The translations under genes and the position numbers were made by a program. This document shows positions 22,701-34,036 of a DNA stretch of 64,000 bases, one piece after another; within the stretch, counting starts at the first letter, position 1, and the number at the start of each line of letters is the position of its first letter. The notes below the pieces were generated by a model. That model ran no database searches. It was given only the letters and a program-made list of their open reading frames with translations, and was not told the origin of the DNA. This stretch comes from an uncultured Planctomycetota bacterium (GTDB lineage: Bacteria; Planctomycetota; Planctomycetia; Isosphaerales; Isosphaeraceae): the NCBI GenBank assembly GCA_963845755.1, contig CAWJTV010000037.1, positions 64,001-128,000 on the forward strand. Reading direction: 5' to 3'.

Positions 22701-25700
22701 TCTCGCCGAACACCTGTTCGGACTCCTTCTCCCGACCGGCCGCGTACAGGCTGAAGACGCGACACCATGTCGGCCTCACGTCGAGAGGAGCACGGCGATC
22801 GGCCTCGCCGAAGGCATCGGCGGCCTCGGTCCACAGTCTCAGGTGGAGCAGCTCCCAGGCCCGCTGCAAGGGGCCGTCGTGGAACAGGCACTCGCACCAA
22901 GCCGGCCCGTTCGTCTGCTTGATCTTCACCAGGATGGTGTTCCGGCCTGCTCGCAGAGTGACCGGGACCCAGTTCTCTCCCGTGCCAACGAGTTTCCAGG
23001 CCTCGAACCCGGTGAACGTCAAACGTCCGTTTACCCAGAGGCGGGCGTCCTCTCCCGTGCGCAGCAACAGCGAGGCGGTTCGATCCCGATCGGCGTGGAC
23101 GTAAGTTAGGGCGTAGAACGAGACGGTCTGATTCCCGCCGCCGACCATCCCCAATTCGATGTGTCCTGTGTTGGGCGTGGTCGATACGGCCTGCCACTTC
23201 AGCGCATGACTTCCGCCGCCGATGTCCATCGGCCGCGAAGGGTCGGGATCCTTCTCGGAGAGGCATGTCCGATCGAACGGTTCCGGGTAAGGCCCGGCCA
23301 CCCACCACCCGGCTTCGAGGAACTGATTGAGCTCGCCCTTGCCGAGTGAGGAAGCCCGCGCGAAGGCCGCATCGGCTTGAGTGTGATCTCCCAACTCGGC
23401 AAGGAACCGGCCGGCTTCGATCCAAGGCTGCGCAGGCCGGGTTCGAGCCCCTGGGCCTTGGACAGGTCGCCGGCCATCCGGTCCGTACGCCCGAGCCTGG
23501 CGAAGACACGTGCCCGAGTGAGCCACAGGTCGACCTCATTCGGTCGCAGGGCGACCGCGGCCGCGAACTCGGCCTCGGCTTTCTCGACCTCTCCGAAGGC
23601 ATACAGCACCCTGCCCCGAAACAGCCGATCGTAGGGCGAGTCCGGCAGGGGCTTACCCTCGATGGTATGATGAGCCTCGCGACGAACGAGGCGGAAGTAG
23701 ACCCAGTCCGGCCAGTCCGGCCGCACGAGTCGCATGGCCGGATTCGTGGCCGCGTCACCCGTCACGCGATCGGCCGCGAGGTCCGCCTGCCGCAACGCCT
23801 CCCGTGCCGCGTCGGGGTGACCGACCTGGTGTTCGGCCAGAGCGACGCCGATCCAGTTCCAGATCAGTTCGTCCGGGCCGACCAGCCGGGCTTGACCCTC
23901 TTTGACCTGTCCGGCCCGGACACGAGCGATTGCCGGGACCCATTGCTGCCACTCGATCGAGGTCGCATCTTGACGAGTTTCCGCGAGCTCTTTCGCGTTC
24001 GCCATGCGCCGGGCGAGGGTCTTGAATCCTTCCGTGTCGCCGGCCTCGGCCATCAGCAAGGCAAGCTGATGCCAGGGTGTGACTGCGGCAGGTACCTCAA
24101 TCTCGAACGACCGCCGATGGAATCGAAGCGCCTCGGTGAGCAGCCCGACTTGCCCATATTGATCGCCGACATGCCTGATCGCCTCCGCAAGGGCGATGCG
24201 CAGAGGGAAGCGATCCGGGTTCGCCTCGAAGTCGGCTTCGAGGGGGGCGAGTCCTTCTTCCCACGCCGCGCCCGCTTCCTTGAGCCGGCCGGCCGCGGCG
24301 AAACAGTCTCCGCGGGAGATCTGGCTCTGGAGCAGGTCGGCGCGGAGTCGTTCGTCGTTCGGTTCTTCCTCGACAAGCTCCTTCCTCTCGGTCAGGGCCT
24401 CGTCGATGCGGCCCCGCGCTTCCTCGGCTTGTCCGGCATCGAGCAGGGCTTGGGCCAACTCTTAACGCGCCCGGGCCAGACTGCGTCGATTGAATCGGCT
24501 CGGGGGGAGCGGTGCGGCCACGGCCTCCAGAGCCGTCAGGACGATCCGCCGAGTGGACGCCTTTTCTTCGAGCGAGGCTGCTGGGTTCCAGGTCGCGGCG
24601 TCGGCCGATGTCAGCTCGTCGATCCGGGCCAGCACCTCGTTGAAGTCGGGCCGAATGCGCAGCGGTTCGGTGCGCGGATCCGTCCTCATCCAGTTCGAGT
24701 CGCGCCAGCCGGCGAGGACATGCTTCCGCAGGGCATTCACGACCGCCACAGCCTCGGGTTCGGTCTTCACTTCCCCAGGCGGCGCGCACCGCGGCTCGGG
24801 CGATCACGATGGCATATACGGCGAGGTGGAAGTCCCGGACGCCCTCGAAAAACGCCGTCGTTTCCTCGGTGGTTTTGGCGATCCGCTCGCGCAGCTTCGT
24901 GCGCGACCTTTGCCGCCTCATCCCATCGGCGGGCATCGCGCAGCGCCTCCAGGAAATCGGCATAGCCCTGGACCAGATCCGCGTCAAACCCCGCGACTCC
25001 CGGGTTATCGCGAGCGCGGCGGTCCAGGACTTCGATCCGGCGGCGATGGGCAGCCAGTTCCTCCTCGGTCAGACCGGAGGCTTTGGCTCTCGTCGCTACT
25101 TGATCGAGCAGCGTTACCAGGAACCGGGTGGTGGGTTCGCTGGACGGGTCGAGTCGATAGGCAATTTCGCCTTGCTCGAGGGCCTTGTGGAACAAGGTCA
25201 GGGCTTCGTGGTGGCGATCCTCTTTCAATTGAAGAGCGATCTGGTTCAGGCTGGTGGCCAATCCCAGCCGGGCGTCGGGGTCGTGAGGCCGCAACCGCAC
25301 CAGCCGTTCTCGGATCATCAGGGCCTTGCGAAGGAACTCCAGGAACTTCGCTGGATCGTCCTTGAAATGAAACGCGTCGTCGTTGTAGGCATTTCCCAGG
25401 TCCGCCTGGTACCGCGGGTCGTCCGGGCGAACGAGCTTTTCCCAGATTGCGATCGCACGCTCGTTTTGCCCCTGTCGATGCAGGGCTTTGGCAAGGCGGT
25501 CCTGGATCTCGCGGTCGTCACGGGCGTCGGCTGCCAGGGCCTCGTAGAGGCGCAGGGACTGGGCGAAGGACTGGTCGGCCAGTGGTTGCTGGCCAAGATC
25601 CCTGTAGAGAGTCCCGACCTTCTCGTAAACCGCCGCCAGTTCTCGGTGCAGGGCCGGGTCGGTCCCGCGCTCCAAGAGGAATTGTTGATAAAATCCCAGG

Positions 25701-26390
25701 GCGGACCGCAGGAGTCGGTCCCGCAACGGCGAGAGACCGGGCGACTTGAGCCTGGCGTCGCTGCTCGCGGCCGTCAGGTATTCCTGAACCGACGTCCGAG
25801 TCCTGGCGAAGTTCTCCTCGGCCTGTTGGAGAGCCTCAATCGCCCGCGTGCGGCCGGCCTCGGCGGCCTTCGCGGCCGCTTCGGCGGTCTTCACGTTCGC
25901 CTCGGCGGTCTTGGCAGTCGCCTTGGCGGCCTTCGCGGTCGCCTCGGCTTGTTCGCGCTGACTGACTTCTCGCTGTCTCGCACGCTCGGCGTCGGCCCGG
26001 GCCGTTCGTTCCGCCTCGGCCGCAAGCGCCTCGCGTCGTGACTGGTTCGTCGAACCGGACGGCGACGATCAGGGAGACGACGGTCGCCAGCAGTACCACC
26101 GCCAGCGAAGCGCCCAGAGCGGCGATCGAGGCGTATCGACCGACCCGGCCTGCGCGACCCATCGGCGTCGAAAGACTGGAAGTCGAGGTCCGAGCCACCT
26201 CGTCGCGATCGTGCTTCGCCGATTCCAAGTCTACGAGGAGTGGGAACAATTCGCGGATATCGTCGCCCAGCTCGGGATGACGGTCGACGTACTCCTGCAA
26301 CGCCGGGCGTTCGCCGAGTCGGTTGCGTTCGGCGAATTCATTCGCAAGTCGATGGAGCAGGGCGAAGCGTTTGGTGCTGTGAGAAGCCAT
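19756..26390 (-). CDS. Giant (~2200 aa) membrane-anchored TPR protein with an internal beta-sandwich (carbohydrate-binding-like) domain; 4 frameshifts and 1 in-frame TAA, so either pseudogene or sequencing error
   Basis: Consecutive ORFs 25836-26522, 24767-25894, 24097-24987 (part), 24462-24770, 23199-24458 and 19756-23526 join into continuous TPR/coiled-coil sequence; WWVAGPY...ARLWVNG...GRNTILVKI domain. Confidence 0.75.
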
Positions 26391-26755
26391 GTCAGAGACC
26401 CTCCTGCTCACCGAGCATCGTAACGAGGATTTCCTCGAGGCGATTGAGTCCGGGGAAAGAGCGACGGGCCTCAATCCCGTTTTCGAACCACCCAATGATA
26501 CCGATTTTCCTCCATGAGCCACGGTTTTCCGGCCTGGAGGAGTCGGATTTCTTCTTTGGAGATGTCTGGTTAATGCGCGAGCGATCCGGCTTCAGGTGCC
26601 GAGCACTCCGGCTCCTCCGAAGCCCGCTTCTAATATCACTCTCAGCTCGTGCCCTCGTGGTCGGCCAAGTTGGGGTAGCCCAGGAAATGTCGGGCGACCC
26701 GCCGGCCGATAAGGTCCGCCATCCTGAGGGGACGAAGGTCCTCGGCTCCTCGATG

Positions 26756-28314
26756 TCAGGTGTGGTAGGAGAACGCGACCGGACGCGACGCGATGCCGTT
26801 TGCCACCACTGAGAGTCGATATTTCCCGGTCGGGAGTGTCCCCGGGAGCGTGAAATCCGTCGACACCGACTTCCTGCGAGTCGCTACGCCGATCGTCCAG
26901 TTGGTGGTTCGGGCGTAGTAGACGTGGTGGCTGGCGTCGGAGAGCCGAACGATGGGATAGTTGCTCGACATCTGGGCATCGTCGCCGTAGTACGCCCCTT
27001 CGGAGACGCCGTTGAGCTGGGTTCCCGTCAGGTGGAACGAGCCGTTGTGGTTGCGCCGGATCTGGGTGATGGTCGGTCGCCACGAGGCGCGCGGTCTGCC
27101 TCCAGGCTTGTAGATGTCAAGCTGATTCGACCCATCGGCGAAAAGGACATCGCCGTTGGGGAGGGCGACGAAGCGGGACGTGAAGGGCTGAGAGGTATCG
27201 TTCGGCAGGTTGGGCGCGTCGGTGAACTGGTTCGCGACCGGGTCGTATTCGACGAACGTCGTCGGCCCATCGCCCGATTTCGGCCCGACCGCGCAGAGGA
27301 CCTTGCCATTGGAAAGTACGACTGCCGACCCGTCGTAGGATCCCAGTCCGTTGGGGATGTCCGGTCCGGCAACCCAAGTGCCGGATTGACTCACCTGGGC
27401 TGCGGGTGTGTAGATCGCGGTATGACCGCTGGCTCCGAGGAAAAACGCCCGGCCGTCGTTGAGAAGTACCCCTGGGCCAGTATCGTTCTCGCCTTCAGGA
27501 TTCTCGTACCAGAGGTCGACCGGGACGGTAGCGTCATTAACCCACTGATTCGTCGTGGAGAGATAGCGTTCCGACGGGTAGGCGCCGGCGAGCCGATCGC
27601 GTCGTTGTCAACGGCCAGGATGCTACCGCCGGGCATCAGGACCCAGTTTTCCTCGTTCGCACTGCGTGTCAATTGCGCGCCGGGGTCTTTGTAGAGGTTC
27701 GGTCCCTGAACCCATGTCTCGGTCGAGGGTTGAAAGACGAGCGTCGTCTGGACCAAGGGAAAGTTTGGAGATCGCTCTTCGGGGGCGAGCAAAATGTCGC
27801 CGTCGGGCAGAAGCTTGGACGGGGCGTCTCCAATCTTGAGGGGAGGGTCGGGGAGATTGGCGGCGTCCGGTGACGTGACCGAGGCCCATTGATTGGTGGC
27901 TGGGTCGTAGATCTCGGCCGTGTTGCCGCCGGTGCCGATTTCACCCCCCGCGACGAAGATCTTGCCGCTGGGAAGGACGGCCGAGTCGTAGTAGAGGCGT
28001 GTGTCGTGCATCGAGGCCAGGCGCGACCAGGTTCCTTTGGCGTAACTTCCGTGTGTGTTCGGCTTCAGAGCATACCAAACATCGCTGCCGCCGATTTGGG
28101 CCATCACCCGGCCGTCGGTCAGCAGGAGCATCGTTTCCACGCCTCCGGGCGCCGGCGTGGGCACGGGTATCCAACTCCCGGCCAGCAGGATCCGGGCCTC
28201 AACGCACTCGACCTCGGACCGTCGGGCGCGATGGCCCGGCGACCGAAAATCGCGACGCGGACGTTGCGAGGCGCTCGATTCTCGACGGATGGCACAGTTG
28301 AAGAACTCCAGCAT
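26756..28314 (-). CDS. Secreted Kelch/galactose-oxidase-like beta-propeller with C-terminal Ig-like domain (frameshift near 27580)
   Basis: N-terminal ECVEARILLA planctomycete motif; LLTDGRV, VLPSGKIFVAGG, EIYDPATNQW, LPNGDVLF repeats; LTGTQLNG...YGDDAQ...NYPIVRL. Confidence 0.8.
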
Positions 28315-28847
28315 CAGTGGCTCCTGTTCGACCTCTTGGCGAAGTGTCTCACCAACCGCGGCGATCGGGCGAAAAGATGTGCTGAGGACCTCGCGATCGA
28401 CGCGAGGATGTCCGCTTTCAACGCGACGACCTTCTGTATCAGACTGCTGAGATGCCTCTCAGGCCGAGCGGCTACAGGTGAAGATGATTCATCTCGTTGA
28501 ATCGCCGCTGCCGGTTCATCCCAGTTGATCATTACAACCGATCGCCTCCCTTGATGCAACTTAAATCAAGCATTATCCGGCCTAGAATCTTAAGATGCGA
28601 TTGATCCCCGTTAAATCATCGGATATTATTAATAGGATATTATGATATCACTATTTTGTCGCCTCTTGGTCCGCGGATTTCGGCGTCGAAGGCCGAGTGG
28701 GGCCCGACGAATCGCGATTGCTGTCTCAGCGGTCTTCCCTTGGTTCTTCTGTCGCTCTGGTGACCATCGCCAATCGAGCGGTTAAACTGGGAGGCCACGG
28801 ACTTCGCACGAACACCACGATGAATCGAATCAGACGGAGGAGCACGC

Positions 28848-31800
28848 GTGAAACCGCACGATCGGCCGATGATCTGGCCAATGCTCATCTCGGCCTTGCT
28901 GTGGGCGCAGGCGATGATTCATCGAGAGGCGATGTCCGGTGAGGCAGTCGATCCGAGTGAAGGTCCACGCCGTGTGGCGGCGGACATCGTCCTCAAAGGA
29001 GGCACGCTGATCGACGGCACCGGCGCTCCGGGACGTCTCGCAGACGTTGCCGTGCGTGGGGACCGGATCGTGGCCGTCGGCTCGTTCCAGACCGAACCTG
29101 GTGCGAAATCGATCGACGCCTCAGGGCTGATCGTCGCGCCGGGGTTCATCGACCTGCACACTCACTCCGACAGCGGGATCACCCAGGCCGCCACCCGTCT
29201 CAATACCAATTACCTGACCCAGGGCGTGACCACGATCGTCACGGGAAACTGCGGCGGCGGAGTGCTCGACGTCGCCCGTTATTTCACCGCGATCGACGCA
29301 CATGGCGCCGGCACGAATGTGATTCATCTCGTCCCGCAGGGTCGAGTTCGGTCCACGATCCTGGGGAACGAGGATCGACCGCCGAGCCCGGCCGAACTCG
29401 CGCGGATGAAGCAGCTCGTCGAGCGGGGGATGGAGGCCGGCGCCTGGGGCATCTCCTCCGGGTTGATCTACGTGCCCAGCCGGTATGCTCGCACCGCCGA
29501 GCTGATCGAGCTGGCGAAGGTCGCAGGCCGTCATGGGGGACTCTACGCCTCGCACATCCGCACCGAGGAGGCCGGGGTCCTCGACGCGATCGACGAGGCG
29601 ATTGCTGTCGGCAAAGGGGCCGGAGTTCCCGTGCACATCTCGCATTTGAAAGCCAATGGCAAGGCGCAGTGGGGAATGGCGCGCTCGGCGATCGAGCGGC
29701 TCGCCACGGCGCGGAAGGCTGGCCAGGTCGTCACGGCGGACCAGTATCCGTACATCGCCTCGAGTACCGGGCTGGCGGCGATGGTCGTGCCGCACTGGGC
29801 CGTTCAGGGCGATGACGAGAGCTTCCGACGGATCGCCGCCGATCCTGTGCGTGGGACGGCGCTCCGTCGCGAGATCCAGCAGGAGCTCGACCGGCGCGAC
29901 GGCGGCGCCTCGGTCCGGATCGCGCGGTACGCGCCGCGACCCGAATGGGCCGGGCTCGATCTGGTCGCGATCGCGCAGTGCGCGAGTACGACCCCACTGG
30001 AGGTCGTACTGGAGGTCCAGCGACACGGCGGCGCGCAGGCGATCAGCTTCGGCATGAGCGAGCCTGACGTCCGCGAGATCATGCGTCACGATTTCGTGGC
30101 CACTGCATCCGACGGCGCGACACACCTGCCCGGCCGCGGCGACCATCCTCATCCCCGCGCCTACGGTACGTTTCCTCGCAAGATCCGCTACGCGCTCGAC
30201 GAGAAGGTCCTCTCGCTCGAGCAGGCGATCCGATCCTGCTCGGGGTGGCCCGCGGAGATCCTCGGCCTGCCCGAGCGGGGCATCATCCGCGAGGGTGCCA
30301 TCGCGGACCTTGTCGTCTTCGACCCGAAGACCTTTCGGGACGTCGCGACCTTCGAGAACCCGACCCGTTACGCGACCGGCGTGAGATACCTGTTTGTCAA
30401 CGGCGCGGCCCTGATCGCCGACGGGCGGCTCACGACGGAGTCGGGCTCGAAGCGGAAGCTCCCGGGCCGGGCGCTCCGGCTGCATCGAGACGGCCCGGCC
30501 TCGTTGATCGTCAAGGTCGGACGGATCTGGACGGGAGACCGCGACCGCCCCTGGGCGGAGGCCCTGGCCATCCGCGACGGGGCGATCGCCGCCGTCGGGC
30601 CCGCGTCCGAAGCGATGCGTTTTCGCGGACCGTCGACCCGGGTCGTCGATCGGCCGGACGCGTTCGCCCTGCCCGGTCTGATCGACGCCCACGGCCACAT
30701 GGAGTCGCTAGGCGCCTCTCGGGACAAGGTCGATCTGCGCGCGGTTTCATCACTCGAGGAGGTCGGCCGGCGAGTCAAGGCGTGGGCCGAGGCGACGCCC
30801 GGCGACTCGTGGATCACCGGGCGGAACTGGGACCAGAGCCTCTGGCCCGGGGGCGCCTTCCCGACCGCGGCCGTGCTCGACGAGGTCGCACCCCATCGGC
30901 CGGTTTGGCTCCATCGGGTCGACGGCCATGCCGGCTGGGCGAACTCCGAAGCCATGCGGCGCGGCGAACGTGACCCAGGATTCGGTGTCTCCCGCCGGCG
31001 GCCAGATCATGCGGGACAAGGAAGGGCGGCTAACCGGCGTGTTCATCGACGGAGCCATGGGACTGGTCGGCCGCGCGGTCCCGTCCCCGACCAAGCTGGA
31101 TATCCGGCGCCGGCTCCTCGCGGCCCAGGAAATGGCCCTCCGCGCCGGCCTGACGGGCGTCCATGATGCCGGGATCTCCCGGCGCACCGCCGAGGTCTAC
31201 CGCGACCTCGACCGCGAAGGCAAGCTCGCGATCCGGGTCTACGGCATGGCCTCGCTCGCCGATGGCGGTCAGGTCGCGGTTGTCAGCCGGCGCCCCGAAG
31301 TCCGTCCCGACGGGGCGCGGTTCGAGCTCCGAGCCATCAAGCTTTTCATCGACGGCGCGATGGGCTCGCGCGGGGGCCTGCTGTTCCAACCCTACCATGA
31401 CGATCCCGGGAACTCCGGCCTGCTCCTGATGGATCCCAAGGTGCTCGAAGCCACCACGACGGCCGCCCTGCGCAACGGCTGGCAAGTCGCGACCCACGCC
31501 ATCGGCGACAAGGGAAACGCCCTCGTGCTCGACGCCTATGCCGCCGCTCGGAAAGCGGTCCCCGAAGCGCGCGATCCGCGGCTGCGGATCGAACACGCGC
31601 AGGTGGTGCGCAAGGACGATGTCCGGCGGTTTGCCGAGCTGGGTGTCGTCGCCTCGATGCAGCCCTCGCACGCCAGCGACGACATGCGCTGGGCCGACGC
31701 GCGGCTCGGAACGGGCCGGGTCGACGGCGCCTACGCCTGGCGATGGTTCGCCGACGCAGGCGTCTCCCTGGCCTATGGCAGCGATTTCCCCGTCGAGATC

Positions 31801-32103
31801 GTCAACCCCTTCTGGGGCATCTACGCGGCGATCACCCGCCAGGACGCCGAGGGACATCCCCCAGGCGGCTGGCACCCGGAACAGCTCCTCACGCTCGAGG
31901 AGGCCCTCAGTGGCTTTACCGCCGGCTCGGCTCGTGCGGCCTTTGCCGAGGATCGCCTGGGCCTCCTCAAGACCGGATTCCGCGCCGACGTGACGGTCCT
32001 CGATCGCGACCTGTTCCGGGTCAAGCCCAAGGAACTGCTCGCGACCCAGGTCGTCATGACGATCGTCGAGGGAGCGGTCGCCAGCGAGGCGACCACTCCG
32101 TGA
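28848..32103 (+). CDS. Double amidohydrolase: N-acyl-D-amino-acid deacylase-like domain fused to a YtcJ/amidohydrolase-3 domain (frameshift near 30962)
   Basis: PGFIDLHTH, GNCG, HISHLK, HPRAYGTFPR; then PGLIDAHGH, KLFIDGAMGSR, HAIGD, RIEHAQ, SMQPSH, GSDFPVE. Confidence 0.85.
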
Positions 32104-32125
32104 GGGAAAAGCCTGCCGGCGAGGT

Positions 32126-33052
32126 TCAGGCTTTTTTCCTTTCAGGTCGGGCAGGAATCTGGTTGTATCCCGGCGTGACCTCCTTGATATTCGGCGTGAT
32201 GTCGGCGTCGATCCGGCCGGTCGCCCAGCCGAGTGCGCCCATCAGGAGCCCCTGGTACATCGGGTTTTCCCAGACGTCCTCACGGTGCCCCATCGAGGTG
32301 TAGAAAACCCGGCCCTTACCGTAGTTTCTAGCCCAGGTGATGGGAAAGTTGGGCCGCTGGTACATCCAGCCCGACATGCCCTTGGTGACCTGGGCCATGA
32401 TCACGTGCAGGTCCTCGGGCATGTTCTTAAGGGCATACCATTCATCCTCGATTCGGAAGGATCGACCCATCTTGCCGAATCCCTCGGCGACGCCCGGGAA
32501 GTTGGGGTCGGTGATCTCGATTTCCACTTTTTGCTGTGCGCCATGAATGATGAACTCGCCACCGATCATCTTGATGTAAGGGTCCTCGGCCCCCTTGTTG
32601 CGCGGTGGAAAGTGACCGAAGGTGTCCGTCGCGCAGTGCATGCCAAGAAACCCCTTACCGCCGCGAATCGCGTCGTAGAGGGCTTTCTCGCCGTCGGCCG
32701 ACATCGCCGGACTCTTCTCCATGGTCCCCTCGGTGGTCAGGTTGCCGGTCGTCTCGAACACGAAGGCATCCCACTCGCCGATCTTGTCCGGCTCGAACAA
32801 CCGGCCGTCCTTGGTCGCGTGGACCTCGAATCCGTGCTCCTTGCCGGCCTTCTTCAGGACCTGCTCAGCGAGGCTCGGCTTATTACCAGAGCGAGTCACA
32901 ACCGGGTGCGGAAAGCCCGCGCTCTTCATGAGGAAGAGGACTTTCTTCGGCGATCCCTGGGGACGGGCCAGGACCCGGCTCATGGTCCCGGCACCCAGCC
33001 AGGCGGCACCTCCAGCCAGCAGTATCTCACGACGACTCAATCCACCTGACAT
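32126..33052 (-). CDS. Tat-exported ThuA-domain protein
   Basis: SRREIL Tat signal; KSAGFPH, GMHCATD, EDEWY, GKGRVFYTSMGH. Confidence 0.9.
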   Translation of the reverse strand: MSGGLSRREILLAGGAAWLGAGTMSRVLARPQGSPKKVLFLMKSAGFPHPVVTRSGNKPSLAEQVLKKAGKEHGFEVHATKDGRLFEPDKIGEWDAFVFETTGNLTTEGTMEKSPAMSADGEKALYDAIRGGKGFLGMHCATDTFGHFPPRNKGAEDPYIKMIGGEFIIHGAQQKVEIEITDPNFPGVAEGFGKMGRSFRIEDEWYALKNMPEDLHVIMAQVTKGMSGWMYQRPNFPITWARNYGKGRVFYTSMGHREDVWENPMYQGLLMGALGWATGRIDADITPNIKEVTPGYNQIPARPERKKA

Positions 33053-33316
33053 CGTTGAGGACTCCTCCGAGAAGATGAGCGAACCTTGTCTTGTCCCGCC
33101 TTTCTCCTTTTACTCCAGTTCGACGGCGAAAGAAACCAGGCAGGCGGCTCGATCCCGGCGATTGCGTTGACGAGAATCACCCCGAGCTCGAGCGACATCG
33201 GCGCTCGCGAGCTTTCCGCTTGCGATCTCTTACCGAGACGATTAATCTATGCCAAGTTCCCGGCCACTCCGCCGGGAGCGAATCCATATGATGGGAACCG
33301 GGGAGATGCGATACGG

Positions 33317-33622
33317 ATGTCACAACTCACAGCAGCACCCGAGTCCACGGAAGCTTCCCAACTTTCCAGGCTCTGCGTTGCCATTCGCGGCAAGCTTCAA
33401 TTCATGGATTACCTGGTCCGCGCCGCTGTAGCCGACGCGGAGCGCTTCCGCGACGAGTCGGATCCGGGCACACGGATTTTTATCCGGCAACTAGTCGAGA
33501 TGCACGCGGCCAATCTCCGCCAGGAGAGCCAGAACATGCGCGTGATGGGCGACCTGTGTGCCGCGCTCGAATCGCTCGTCGATGAGACGTTCGACCCGCA
33601 CGATCGGGGGGACGTGGGATGA
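33317..33622 (+). CDS. Hypothetical helical protein (101 aa), paralogue of the next gene
   Basis: GGGAG RBS, GC3-biased codons, ungapped similarity to 33658..33981. Confidence 0.7.
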   Translation: MSQLTAAPESTEASQLSRLCVAIRGKLQFMDYLVRAAVADAERFRDESDPGTRIFIRQLVEMHAANLRQESQNMRVMGDLCAALESLVDETFDPHDRGDVG

Positions 33623-33657
33623 GCTCTTCAAGGAATGGGACGCACGGAGGAACCGCT

Positions 33658-33981
33658 ATGCACACGATCGAAGCTCCTCTGGAAGAGTTCGCGGGCACCG
33701 AGAGCTTCTCGCAGACCAATGGGTCCACCACGCCGGAATTGCGACGATCTCTGGCCGAGATCAAGGGGCAGGCCCAGTTCCTCCTCTACCTGGCCGATCA
33801 GATCGAGGAATCTCTCGAGCAGCTCGTCCATGAAGCGGACGCCTGCCATGGTGCCTTCCTCTGCAAGGTCCTGAGCATGTATTCCGGGCAGCTCGAGAGC
33901 AAGCACCAGGGCCTGGGCGAGAGGATCGCGGAGGCGTGCCAGGAAGTCTACGTCACGGTGCGCGAACGCGAGATGGCCTGA
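33658..33981 (+). CDS. Hypothetical helical protein (107 aa)
   Basis: GGAGG RBS 7 nt upstream; strong GC3 bias; paralogous to the preceding gene. Confidence 0.78.
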   Translation: MHTIEAPLEEFAGTESFSQTNGSTTPELRRSLAEIKGQAQFLLYLADQIEESLEQLVHEADACHGAFLCKVLSMYSGQLESKHQGLGERIAEACQEVYVTVREREMA

Positions 33982-34036
33982 GAGGATGCCGGTCGTCGAA
34001 TCCTCGGCATCCCGTCGGCGGGCATGGTTCACCGAA

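Noticed and set aside
28560..28660. AT-rich patch with a GGATATTAT direct repeat as an origin or mobile-element end
   Set aside because: Only two short copies; adequately explained as a divergent promoter region
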